From NCBI GenBank assembly GCA_037190965.1, contig JBBCKI010000019.1:1-64000 (forward strand): a stretch of DNA of 64,000 nt. The letters run 5' to 3'. Below, piece after piece: positions 22,981 through 31,707 of this stretch; positions within the stretch are counted from its first letter, which is position 1, and every line of letters begins with the position of its first letter. A model generated the notes under the pieces. The model saw only the letters and a list, made by a program, of their open reading frames with translations, did no database searches and was not told the origin of the DNA. Source of the stretch: Chthoniobacteraceae bacterium. GTDB lineage: Bacteria > Verrucomicrobiota > Verrucomicrobiia > Chthoniobacterales > Chthoniobacteraceae. Position numbers and translations under genes: made by a program.

Positions 22981-23481
22981 CTAACTTGTCTTCCGGGCCG
23001 CGAGAATCGCCTGATCGATCGCCCCGGCGATTTTCTCCAAACGGGAGAACTCTTTCTGCAGTTGGCTCACCAGGGTTTCCGGTGTGATACAGACCTTGCG
23101 GATAAACGGTTGCATCGTATAGCTTTGCTTGATCGCGTACCCTTCCCATGAAGCGATGCGTTCTCCTTCATTTTCGAAGAGATGAGTGACTAGCGCCTTC
23201 CCGTTAATCCCGGTTCTCTCCTTGCTTGACTCGATATGAAGCACAACAGAGGCGGTTCCCCGGCCAATATCGGCATTGGTCATCCAGCTTTCGAAGTGAA
23301 TGCCTCGGCCCTCTTCATTGAACCACGTGTCCTTGTAGACCTGAATCCCGAGGCTTTTGGGTTGCTGGGAATCAGGATGCAGTCCGGTTTTCGCATCCCA
23401 TTTTTTGGTGAACCATTTCTCGCGCCTCAAAATGGCTTCGAGTTCCCGATACAAAGGTTCGTAGTCTTGAAGTGTTTTCAT
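22981..23481 (-). CDS. Hypothetical protein
   Basis: 166 aa ORF with globular-protein composition filling the gap; no motif recognised. Confidence 0.65.
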   Translation of the reverse strand: MKTLQDYEPLYRELEAILRREKWFTKKWDAKTGLHPDSQQPKSLGIQVYKDTWFNEEGRGIHFESWMTNADIGRGTASVVLHIESSKERTGINGKALVTHLFENEGERIASWEGYAIKQSYTMQPFIRKVCITPETLVSQLQKEFSRLEKIAGAIDQAILAARKTS

Positions 23482-23561
23482 GATTGGGGGCAGGCCATTG
23501 CGATGGCCCGTTGCTATCATTCAGGGGCATCGGCTAGCAAGTCTTGATGGCGGAGGATCTG

Positions 23562-23708
23562 CGGTAGCCCGCTCTCGCCGAGAGCGCGGGATCGGCGAAG
23601 AGTCGTATTTGACGCCCATCCCCGCAGGACGGGCTGCGGGTATTGGGATGAGCCTTCATGAAGCCGTGAGAGTCGAACCCCGCGCTCGACGGCGCGAGCG
23701 GGCTACCG
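23562..23708. repeat. REPIN-like element, GTAG-tagged family, complete copy
   Basis: cggtagcccgctctcgccgagagcgcggg ... cccgcgctcgacggcgcgagcgggctaccg: inverted REP pair around a spacer. Confidence 0.85.
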
Positions 23709-23732
23709 GTGCTGCCGCACCATTCTTGACCA

Positions 23733-24641
23733 TCAACCCGCCGTCTCAGCCTCAGGCGCGGCAATGGCTATCCTCTGTTCTTGCTTTCGTGTGGCCGCCA
23801 CGCAGCCGCAGACCAGCAGCGCGCAGGCGACGGTCGGCAGCGTTAGCGCCTCGTCGAGCAGCAGGGCGCAAAATCCAAGCGCCAGAAATGGTTGGAGAAG
23901 CTGCACCTGGCTCACCCGGGCGATTCCGCCGAGAGCCAGGCCGCGATACCAGAGGAAATACCCCACAAACATGCTTCCGAAGCCCGCGTAGAAAAAGCCC
24001 AGCCAGGCGGTCGGGGAAGCATGGGCTCCATGGATGGCAACGCTTTTCACTACGGGATAGAGAATGACTGGAGTCGCAATGACCAAGGCCCAGCAGGTGA
24101 CCTGCTATGAGCCGAGATCGCGCCCCACCCGGGTTCCCTCGGTATAGCCGACGGCGGCGGAGAGCACCGCGAGGAAGAGGAGGAGGTCATAAAAGGTCAG
24201 GGTGTGATCGCCGCCCGTGAAGATCGCATAAAGGATCACCGCGCTGCTCCCCGCCAGCGCCGCTGCCCAGAAAAGCCACGGTTGCCGTTCACGCTCGCGC
24301 CAGCTCCCGAACATCGCCGTGGTCAGAGGCATGAGCCCGCCGACAATCGCCGCGTGCGAAGCGTCAACATGGTTGAGCGCCATTGCCAGAAACAGCGGAA
24401 AACCGACCACTGCGCCCGCTGCGGTTAAGGCGAGCGGGACGAGATGATCGCGCCGGGGCAGCGGCTGTCGGGTGAGGATCAGCAGCAATGCCGCCGGGAT
24501 CGCCGCCAGAATGCCCCGCCCAAGCCCGACGGTGATCGGGTCCAGTTCTTTCACGGCTACTTTCATGGCCGCGAAGTTCAGGGCAAACAGGGCGACGGCG
24601 ATCAGGCCGAAAACATAGCCTTTGCGTGTTGAGGAAGGCAT
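23733..24641 (-). pseudogene. EamA/DMT transporter interrupted by one in-frame TAG (24105-24107)
   Basis: The two ORFs are in the same frame and read ...GRDLGS*QVTCWALV...; C-terminal WYRGLALGGIARVSQVQLLQP motif. Confidence 0.8.
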
Positions 24642-24652
24642 GAGGCAGCGGA

Positions 24653-25945
24653 TTAGGACGGAATGCAGGAGGTGGTATCGAGGCAAACCCCTTCCTTCGC
24701 GAGCCGCCGGTTAATCTCATCGATGTGTTCGCGGTCCCGCGTTTCCACCGTGCAAAGGACATGCACGGAGGAGAGATCCGGCCCGGCAAAGGTGCGGTTG
24801 TGGATAATCTCGGTGACATTCGCCCCTGCGGCGGCGAGGACCGCCGAGAGGTGAGCGAGACTTCCCGGACGATCGCCGATCAGCGCGTTGAACCGGTAAA
24901 TGCGCCCGTCGGCGGCGAGCCCCCGTTCGATCACGCGGCTGTGCGCCAGCGGGTCGATGTTGCCGCCGGTCAGCGGGATGACGACCCGTTTCCCCGCGAG
25001 TTCCGGCACTGCTCCGGAAAGCAACGCGGCAAGCGCGGTTGCCCCGGCGCCTTCCACCACTGCTTTCTCCAATTCCGCCAGGCGGAGGATGGCGAGCGCG
25101 ATGGCGTCTTCGCGGACTGTTACCACACGGTCGACCAGCCCGGCGGCAAGGCTGAGCGTCTGCGTCCCGGCCTTGGCCACGGCGAGACCGTCCGCGAGTG
25201 TAAATCGTGGGGTGATCGAAACCGGGTGTCCGGCGGTAAGGCCCGCTTGAAAGCAGGCCGCGTTCCCGGGCTCCACGCCGATGATCTCGACCCCTGGTTT
25301 TAGCGTTCGCAGCACCGTGGCAACGCCCGCGATTAATCCGCCGCCGCCTACGGGAACGAGGATGGCGTCCAGATCGGGCACCTGATCGAGCACCTCCAGG
25401 GCGAGCGTGCCCTGCCCGGCGATCACGTTGAGGTCGTCGAACGGATGGATATAGGTAAACCCGTGTTCCCGGGCAAGGTCGTCCGCGGCGGCGCGCGCTT
25501 CGTCAAAGGTATTCCCGTGCAACACGACGTTGGCCCCCAGGCGGCGGCAGGTGGCTACCTTGACCAAGGGCGCAAATCGCGGCATTGCGACGGTGACCGG
25601 GATCCCGAGCGCCCGCCCGTGCCATGCAAGCCCCAGAGCGTGATTGCCCGCGGAAGCCGCGACCACCCCGCGTTCACGCTGTTCCCTGGAAAGGAGCGCC
25701 AGCGCGTTGCGAGCCCCGCGCTCCTTGAAGCTGCCGGTGCGGTGCAGGTACTCCCGCTTGCAGAAAAGCGTGGTGCCGGTGATTTCGGAGAGCGCCGACG
25801 ATTCCGAACAGGGCGTCTCCGCGATCGCTCCGCTCAGTCGCTGGCGGGCCGCGAAAATTTCCGAAAGCGGCAGTCCGGGAATAATCCCATCCTTGTAGGA
25901 AGGGGGCTGCTGGCGGGCTGAAGGAGGCTCTTCGATGGTTTGCAT
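24653..25945 (-). CDS. ilvA: Threonine ammonia-lyase with a single C-terminal ACT domain
   Basis: Motifs TGSFKERGA, ASAGNHA, HPFDD, PVGGGGL, GGNID, DRPGSL. Confidence 0.93.
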   Translation of the reverse strand: MQTIEEPPSARQQPPSYKDGIIPGLPLSEIFAARQRLSGAIAETPCSESSALSEITGTTLFCKREYLHRTGSFKERGARNALALLSREQRERGVVAASAGNHALGLAWHGRALGIPVTVAMPRFAPLVKVATCRRLGANVVLHGNTFDEARAAADDLAREHGFTYIHPFDDLNVIAGQGTLALEVLDQVPDLDAILVPVGGGGLIAGVATVLRTLKPGVEIIGVEPGNAACFQAGLTAGHPVSITPRFTLADGLAVAKAGTQTLSLAAGLVDRVVTVREDAIALAILRLAELEKAVVEGAGATALAALLSGAVPELAGKRVVIPLTGGNIDPLAHSRVIERGLAADGRIYRFNALIGDRPGSLAHLSAVLAAAGANVTEIIHNRTFAGPDLSSVHVLCTVETRDREHIDEINRRLAKEGVCLDTTSCIPS

Positions 25946-25995
25946 ACGGTGTTGTTTGGAAAAATCGGGGTTGGATTCGGACGGATCAGGGCAAT

Positions 25996-26028
25996 AAAAA
26001 AAGCCCTGAGCGAAGGGCTCAGGGCTTC
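25996..26028 (-). terminator. Attenuator terminator upstream of ilvA
   Basis: Minus strand aagccctgagc-cctt-cgctcagggctt followed by a T-run, ~50 nt before the ilvA start. Confidence 0.85.
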
Positions 26029-26044
26029 GGAAAAAGCGGCGGTC

Positions 26045-26101
26045 TTAACAGCGACACGCGGCGATCCCTTGCCCTGAAGGGGCAATAATGGCAATCATCA
26101 T
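26045..26101 (-). CDS. Putative Ile-rich attenuator leader peptide MMIAIIAPSGQGIAACRC
   Basis: 18-codon ORF with three clustered ATT Ile codons; its stop lies ~17 nt before the terminator. Confidence 0.7.
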   Translation of the reverse strand: MMIAIIAPSGQGIAACRC

Positions 26102-26235
26102 AGCCGGAATCGCTGCGTAGAAATGGAACATCGTTCGGGCCAGAGGTTCCCATGCCGAAGCCCGCGTTGTCAATGGCGAACCGGAAAATCCGGGAAAATC
26201 CAAAATTTCACCCACGCGCCATTCCTGTTTCCATC

Positions 26236-26282
26236 GATCAGGATGTGTTGGTTTGGAAATTGACCACCACAAGATGTTGTGG
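26236..26282 (+). promoter_or_regulatory. Tandem NrdR-box-like operators
   Basis: ccacaagatgttgtgg (26267-26282) fits acaCwAtATaTwGtg; a weaker copy (gatcaggatgtgttgg) lies 31 bp upstream. Confidence 0.7.
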
Positions 26283-26313
26283 TAAATCGATTTCTGGCTT
26301 ACAGAATTACCCA

Positions 26314-26802
26314 ATGCGCTGTCCCAAGTGTGCCAACCAAGAAGACCGGGTGATCGATTCGCGTTCCTCCAAGGACGGCGCATCGATTCGGCGTCGGCGC
26401 GAATGCACGGAATGTCTCCACAGGTTCACTACTTATGAGGAGATCGAGCGGGCGGAACTGCGGGTCACCAAACGCGACGGACGCAGCGAACCGTTCGACC
26501 GCAACAAGCTCGTGGCCGGGTTGACCAAGGCCTGCGAGAAGCGGCCCATCTCCCTCGAAGTCATCGAAAAGGCGGTCGAGGAGATTCAGAACGTTCTGGA
26601 AGCCAATCATGGGCGGGAGGTTCCTTCCAGCCTGATCGGTAGCAAGGTCATGGAAAAACTGCACGGACTCGACGAGGTCGCCTACGTTCGGTACGCGTCC
26701 GTTTACCGTCATTTCCAGGACATTGGCGAATTTATCGACGAGATCCAAAGCCTGGAACGCCGCTCCAAGCCAAGCGTTCTTCAAACTGAACTCTTCAAAT
26801 GA
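26314..26802 (+). CDS. nrdR: Transcriptional repressor NrdR
   Basis: MRCPKC...VIDSR...IRRRREC zinc ribbon, ATP cone, VAYVRYASVY. Confidence 0.97.
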   Translation: MRCPKCANQEDRVIDSRSSKDGASIRRRRECTECLHRFTTYEEIERAELRVTKRDGRSEPFDRNKLVAGLTKACEKRPISLEVIEKAVEEIQNVLEANHGREVPSSLIGSKVMEKLHGLDEVAYVRYASVYRHFQDIGEFIDEIQSLERRSKPSVLQTELFK

Positions 26803-27359
26803 TCGCCCTAGCCGACGGAATTCCTCTCGTACAACTCGAAGACGGACAGGTCGTAGCCTTCGAGCGCGACTGGCTCTTGCGCGCGCTTCTGCAAGCCGCC
26901 GCCAAAGCAGGTTACCAGAAATGGTGGCTTGCGGAGCATGTGACCGAAAGCGTCATGGCCTATCTGGCGTTGCAGTTCGAAGAGAACGTCGTTTCCGTCC
27001 CTCGCCTTGTTCAAGCCGTGCAGTCGGTGCTTCAGGTGATCGGTTACGGGGAAATCGCCCCCTACGTCGCGCCCGGTGCGCCCGGGGTGCGCCTTTCGCT
27101 GGTGGACCTCGCCCGTGACGCAGGCACCGGCTATGAATTGGCCTTCTTCGATCAACTCGGGCGGCGCCTGCAAACGCTTCTTCGCGGCGGGACCACTTAT
27201 CTGGAGCTTGTCGGGTTGACTCCTTGCGTCAAGCAACTCCGCTCGCGCAAATGCTGGAGCCGGGAGTGCGACGCGCTCCAGGCGGAGATCGTCTCCTTCG
27301 TCAGGACACAGACCTGCAATGTGCCGGCGCAGGAGGAGATCAGCGTCAAACTGTTCTGA
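26799..27359 (+). CDS. Hypothetical protein with degenerate N-terminal ATP-cone-like domain
   Basis: ATGA overlap with nrdR; VQLEDGQVVAFERDWL aligns by eye to NrdR VTKRDGRSEPFDRNKL. Confidence 0.7.
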   Translation: MIALADGIPLVQLEDGQVVAFERDWLLRALLQAAAKAGYQKWWLAEHVTESVMAYLALQFEENVVSVPRLVQAVQSVLQVIGYGEIAPYVAPGAPGVRLSLVDLARDAGTGYELAFFDQLGRRLQTLLRGGTTYLELVGLTPCVKQLRSRKCWSRECDALQAEIVSFVRTQTCNVPAQEEISVKLF

Positions 27360-27364
27360 AGATT

Positions 27365-27814
27365 ATGTCATCCTTTGAGCCAACCATCGTTCCCGGCCTG
27401 TTGAGCCCCTACGTGGAGGTTCGGGGGCTGGTTTATTTTGCCAGGATGCTCTCAAAGATCCGCCTTCACGCCAGGGGCGAACTCCCGCAGGCGTATCATG
27501 AGAACCTCGGCGGCGGCTTCGATGGGCGTTGCGTCCGGTTTCTCGGCATCGATTTCGAAGCATTGAAGCAAGAAGTGCTCAAAGGGGAGGCTTCCGACGA
27601 AACTCTTCTGGACTGGTGTTTCCGGAAAGGCCGCAAGCCGAGCGAGGAGGAAATCGAGATCTGGAACGGCTTCCTGAGCAAGCGCGGCTGGAGGGACGCG
27701 GGCAGCGAGATATTGAGCCGCCGTTTGCGGGAAGCGGGCCTGCCTGAGGACGGCTCCATCCCGACGATGTTCGATTTTATCGACGCCGACGAAGGGCGCC
27801 CGCCTCGTTGTTAG
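27365..27814 (+). CDS. DUF5069-like protein
   Basis: Motifs SPY..GLVYFARMLSKIRL, GFDGRC, FDFIDADEGR. Confidence 0.75.
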   Translation: MSSFEPTIVPGLLSPYVEVRGLVYFARMLSKIRLHARGELPQAYHENLGGGFDGRCVRFLGIDFEALKQEVLKGEASDETLLDWCFRKGRKPSEEEIEIWNGFLSKRGWRDAGSEILSRRLREAGLPEDGSIPTMFDFIDADEGRPPRC

Positions 27815-28110
27815 CGCCAGTGCCGGAACCCGTGGTGGTGACGGTAATAATAAGGGTAATAGTACGAGTACGACGGGTAGTAAGGTGAGTAGTAGTAGGG
27901 TGCGTAATAGGGGTAGTAGTAGGGCGAGTAATAGTAAACGCGGCGGTGATGGTGCCTATGATGGTCCCAGTTAGAGCGTCCCCAATGGCCGCCGCCGTGA
28001 TGATGCCCCCAGTGGCCATGTCCGTGGCGAGCCGAAGCGACATCTGTAAACGCCAGCCCCATCAGAATCACGCTTCCATAAACAATTGATCTCAATGAAA
28101 GCAGTTTCAT
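27811..28110 (-). CDS. Small secreted His/Tyr/Pro-rich low-complexity protein
   Basis: Signal peptide ending ASA, then a His/Gly block and YYxP repeats. Confidence 0.75.
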   Translation of the reverse strand: MKLLSLRSIVYGSVILMGLAFTDVASARHGHGHWGHHHGGGHWGRSNWDHHRHHHRRVYYYSPYYYPYYAPYYYSPYYPSYSYYYPYYYRHHHGFRHWR

Positions 28111-28240
28111 GGATCAATATCGATAAGGAGTCCTGATAATTCAATAGGAACCTGATCCGTACCGACGGTACAGCAGCACCGGTAGACCGCCCGTGCCGCC
28201 GAACGCGGGTGTCGGTTTTCGTTTCTTCCTGCAAGCGAGG

Positions 28241-28280
28241 CGCAAGGGAGTGGGGGCTTTCGCCCCCTCACTCCTTTGGG
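28241..28280 (-). terminator. Hairpin between the two His/Tyr-rich genes
   Basis: aagggagtgggggc-tttc-gccccctcactccttt. Confidence 0.6.
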
Positions 28281-28291
28281 GTGGGTTTTTT

Positions 28292-28570
28292 CTACAGGTG
28301 GACCGAAAATCCTACCCGTGGCGCGTAGTACGGGTGGTACGGGGCGTAGTATGGGCTATAGTAGCGCGGATAATAGTGGCGCGGTGCGTGGTGATAATGA
28401 TGCCTGTGGTGATACTTGTGGTAGCTGCGGTGCGAGCGGTAGTGGCGTTCGCCACGGTGATCGTGCCGCTTTTTGCCGTGGTAACGGTCACGCGCGAGGG
28501 CTGAGTCCGCACCTGCCAGGCCCATCAGGACCACGGCTCCATAGATCAGAGGTTTTAATGAGAGATTCAT
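28292..28570 (-). CDS. Small secreted His/Tyr/Arg-rich protein, paralogue of 27811-28110
   Basis: Near-identical signal-peptide pattern (LSLxxxxYGxVxLMGLA..ALAR); YYSPYYAPY repeats. Confidence 0.75.
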   Translation of the reverse strand: MNLSLKPLIYGAVVLMGLAGADSALARDRYHGKKRHDHRGERHYRSHRSYHKYHHRHHYHHAPRHYYPRYYSPYYAPYHPYYAPRVGFSVHL

Positions 28571-28694
28571 GCAGTTATAAGACGGGCAAGGGTGAGGTTC
28601 TATTCACGCCGATTTTCCAAAATGCATTTTCTCATTCCGGCTCTGGTAGGTTTCGTGCTCTTGCCTTACCGTGGAAGGTCTGCTGGAAGCTTTC

Positions 28695-29870
28695 ATGACG
28701 GACGAAATCAAAATTCTCGTGGTGGACGATGACCCGCTTTTGCGGCAGATGCTCAGTCATGCGCTAGGGCGGCTTGGATTTTCCGTCGTGGAGTGCCCCG
28801 ACGGGGTGGAGGCCCTTCGTTCTCTGGAGGCTCTGGGTGGAAAAGCCCTGCTGGTGCTTGATTATGAGATGCCGAAACTCAACGGCTTACAGGTCTGCGA
28901 GGCCATTCGCTCCCATGCCAACCCCGAAATCGCGCAAACCCCGGTCATCCTGCTGACGGCGCACGCCGAGGGGATTCACGAGATTGAATGCCTTCGCGCG
29001 GGCGCGGACGATTTTGTGACCAAGCCGGTCAATCTCGCCGTGCTCAAGGTGCGGATTGAAACGCACCTCCGCCTGGCCTCATTGAGAAACCAGCTCCAGG
29101 AGCAGAACCGGCAACTGGAACAATGGCGCGATTCGCACGAGCGTGACCTCGAAGCCGCGCGGTTGATCCAGCAGGCCATCATTTCCCGGAAGATGCCCGA
29201 ACTTGAAGGGTGGGAGTTCGCCGCGCATCATCAATCGCTCATCCAGGTGGGCGGCGATATCTACGGCTGGCTCCGTCTCCCCGGGGGCGGGTTGCTTGTC
29301 TGGATTGTAGACGCCACCGGGCACGGCGCTTCGGCGGCTCTGTTGACGACCTTTACAAAACTGCTCTTTCGTTATGCCGTCCTCGAGGCCACCGAACCCG
29401 AGCAGATTCTCCAGTGTGTGAACCGCGATTTCCGCTCCATCTTCAAGGGACACTCCTTTTTGACGGCGGCCTGTGTCATTCTTGAGCCGGGTAGTGGCGC
29501 ACTGCGGGTGGCGGGTGCGGGCCACCCTCCGTTGATCATCTTTCGACGCGATGGGAGAATGACGACGCTGGCCTCCACAGCGCCTCCGGTCGGGGTTTTG
29601 CTGGATACCCAAAAACCCCAAGGCGTTGCCGACGCCCTGTCATCCGGCGACACTCTTCTGATGATTACCGACGGCCTTTACAGCGTGTTGGATCAAAACC
29701 AGGAGCGCATTTCCTTTGCCCGTTTCGCGGAGGCGATGCGGGGCTGCAAACCTGTCAGTGCGGAGGCTGCGATCAAAGAAGTGCTGGCGAGGGTGATGGA
29801 ACTGGCGGGGCCGGGGGAAACCTTCGACGACGACGTCGCCATCATCGCAATTCGGAAGACCTCCGATTGA
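28695..29870 (+). CDS. Response regulator fused to a PP2C/SpoIIE phosphatase (RsbU-like)
   Basis: Receiver ILVVDDD/LDYEMP/KP; phosphatase VGGDIY, DATGHG, AGHPP, TDGL, DDVA. Confidence 0.92.
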   Translation: MTDEIKILVVDDDPLLRQMLSHALGRLGFSVVECPDGVEALRSLEALGGKALLVLDYEMPKLNGLQVCEAIRSHANPEIAQTPVILLTAHAEGIHEIECLRAGADDFVTKPVNLAVLKVRIETHLRLASLRNQLQEQNRQLEQWRDSHERDLEAARLIQQAIISRKMPELEGWEFAAHHQSLIQVGGDIYGWLRLPGGGLLVWIVDATGHGASAALLTTFTKLLFRYAVLEATEPEQILQCVNRDFRSIFKGHSFLTAACVILEPGSGALRVAGAGHPPLIIFRRDGRMTTLASTAPPVGVLLDTQKPQGVADALSSGDTLLMITDGLYSVLDQNQERISFARFAEAMRGCKPVSAEAAIKEVLARVMELAGPGETFDDDVAIIAIRKTSD

Positions 29871-29881
29871 CCCTGGTACGC

Positions 29882-30997
29882 CTACTGCGAACACCCCCTA
29901 AGGTCGATCGGCCAGACATCTTGGACGTGTCCGTTTTCGACAAGGTAATAGAAGTCGAAGAGATTGACCGTCGGGTCGCAGTGGGAAACGGCGAGTGCCA
30001 GCCGGTCGCCCACCTTCAGTTGGCACGCCGTGGCGTCGGCGATTTGGATGCGTCCGTATTCGTCGCCGAACCAGTCGTAAGCGAGGCCTTGACCGGCAGG
30101 ATGGACGACTTGCGGCGTTGCGCCATCGCGATACAGGGACTTGAGCCCGGCGTCGACCGTCACGAATCCCCGCTGGTTCGTGCTGACGACCGTGGTTTGG
30201 AGCGTGAGGGCGGTCAAATAGGGCGGCTCGGTTTGCTCCAGGGCGAGGTAGTCGGCATCCATCAAAGCATAGCTCCCGGCCTGGATCTCCGTCACTTCCG
30301 GGAAGGCAATGTCGAATGCGCAGGAGCCGGTGCCGCCGACGGAAAAGACCTCGAGCCCGAAATCCCGCAGTTGATGGAAAACCTCGCGCGCCGTGCCGAC
30401 GCAGCGGTGGTTGACCTCCCGCCGCTCGGCCACGGAGATGAGGTGCTGGGCGTGACCGGCGTAGGCTTGCATCCCGATCAACCTCAGGCCGGGAAGGCGT
30501 GACAATGCTTTGGCGAAAGAAGGCGCATCGGCCGGGGCGACGCCGGTTCGCTGCTGCCCGATGTCCAGATCCAGGAGACACGGAAGGGTCAGTCCTGCCG
30601 CGACGAGCGCGTCGGAGATCTTTCGGGCGTTATCGAAATCGTCCAGGGTAATCAGGAAGTCGGGATCGGCCGCCGCACAGGCGACCAAGCGTCGATGAGC
30701 TTCGGGCGTGACAATGGGACCGGTGACGAGGAGGTTGCGAATGCCTTGCTTCTGGAGACCTTCGGCTTCGGAGAGCTTCGCGGCGCAGATGCCGATGGCT
30801 CCGGTTTCCACCTGGAGCCGGGCGAGACGGCTGCATTTGTGCGTTTTCGAGTGCGCCCTGAGGTGCTTTCCCGCACGCTTGAGGAACCCCTGCATCCGCT
30901 GGAGATTCGTGCGCAATGCCTGGGCATCGAGGGTCAGGCATGGAGTCGGCAACTGGTCGACCGTTCCGCCGATGGCCGCGTGAGGAAGCTCATTCAT
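29882..30997 (-). CDS. DSD1 / D-threonine aldolase family PLP-dependent enzyme
   Basis: Motifs LPTPCL, RAHSKTHK, YAGH, GGTG, DAGLKS, HCDPTVNL. Confidence 0.9.
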   Translation of the reverse strand: MNELPHAAIGGTVDQLPTPCLTLDAQALRTNLQRMQGFLKRAGKHLRAHSKTHKCSRLARLQVETGAIGICAAKLSEAEGLQKQGIRNLLVTGPIVTPEAHRRLVACAAADPDFLITLDDFDNARKISDALVAAGLTLPCLLDLDIGQQRTGVAPADAPSFAKALSRLPGLRLIGMQAYAGHAQHLISVAERREVNHRCVGTAREVFHQLRDFGLEVFSVGGTGSCAFDIAFPEVTEIQAGSYALMDADYLALEQTEPPYLTALTLQTTVVSTNQRGFVTVDAGLKSLYRDGATPQVVHPAGQGLAYDWFGDEYGRIQIADATACQLKVGDRLALAVSHCDPTVNLFDFYYLVENGHVQDVWPIDLRGCSQ

Positions 30998-31023
30998 GAT
31001 CCATTTAATTAAACCCGAAGAGC

Positions 31024-31057
31024 AAAAAAAAGCCCGCCTCTTTCGAGACGGGCTTTC
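31024..31057 (-). terminator. Intrinsic terminator of the RRM gene
   Basis: Minus strand agcccgtctc-gaaa-gaggcgggct followed by a T-run. Confidence 0.85.
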
Positions 31058-31077
31058 TAATTTGAACCGGAAGCCGG

Positions 31078-31707
31078 TTATTCGACGTTGCGGGCGTCCC
31101 GAACGTCGCGGACATCGTTGGTCTTGGCGCCGCTGACCACGAGACGCCGGCCCATGAATTCTTTATCATGGAGTTCGACCACGGCTCGTTTGGCTTCGTC
31201 GATGCTGCTCATCGTCACGAATGCGAAGCCCTTGGACTTCTGCGTCTCACGATGACTGACGACTTCGGAGTTCTGGACCGATCCCACCCCGGCAAACAGT
31301 TCGGTGAGGTCGCTCTCCGACGCGTCGAAAGAGAGGTTGCCGACGTAGAGCTTCGGCGAGGTGACTTCCGTCAGTTCGGGCTTGCGCGCCGGTTTGGAGC
31401 GCTGGGGCTCGGCGGCGGGCTTGCTGCGCCCGTTGCCGTTGGAATGCCCGTTGGAGGAAGCGGGAGCTTCATCCGTCTTGCCGAGCACACGGCCATACAC
31501 GTTGCCGGGAACCTCGGTTTTTTTGGGCTTCCCTGTGAAAAACGCCAGAAGGCGCTGGAAGAATCCCGGCTTGGAAGCCGATTTCGCGGGGGTGGAGGAT
31601 GAGGAGCCTTGGGAGCTGCGCGAGGAATGTGAGCCTTCGGAGCGAGGGCCACGATGACGGCGGCCACCGCGACGGCGGCGGCCTGCCTGCTGAGTTTCTG
31701 ATCTCAT
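31078..31707 (-). CDS. RRM RNA-binding protein with long Arg/Ser-rich N-terminal extension
   Basis: RNP2 LYVGNL and RNP1 KGFAFV. Confidence 0.9.
   Translation of the reverse strand: MRSETQQAGRRRRGGRRHRGPRSEGSHSSRSSQGSSSSTPAKSASKPGFFQRLLAFFTGKPKKTEVPGNVYGRVLGKTDEAPASSNGHSNGNGRSKPAAEPQRSKPARKPELTEVTSPKLYVGNLSFDASESDLTELFAGVGSVQNSEVVSHRETQKSKGFAFVTMSSIDEAKRAVVELHDKEFMGRRLVVSGAKTNDVRDVRDARNVE

Noticed and set aside
24105..24107. Pyrrolysine or amber recoding at the TAG in the DMT gene
   Set aside because: TAG serves as a normal stop in many genes here (pilC, glgA, secA), no pyl genes are in view, and a single TGG>TAG change explains it.
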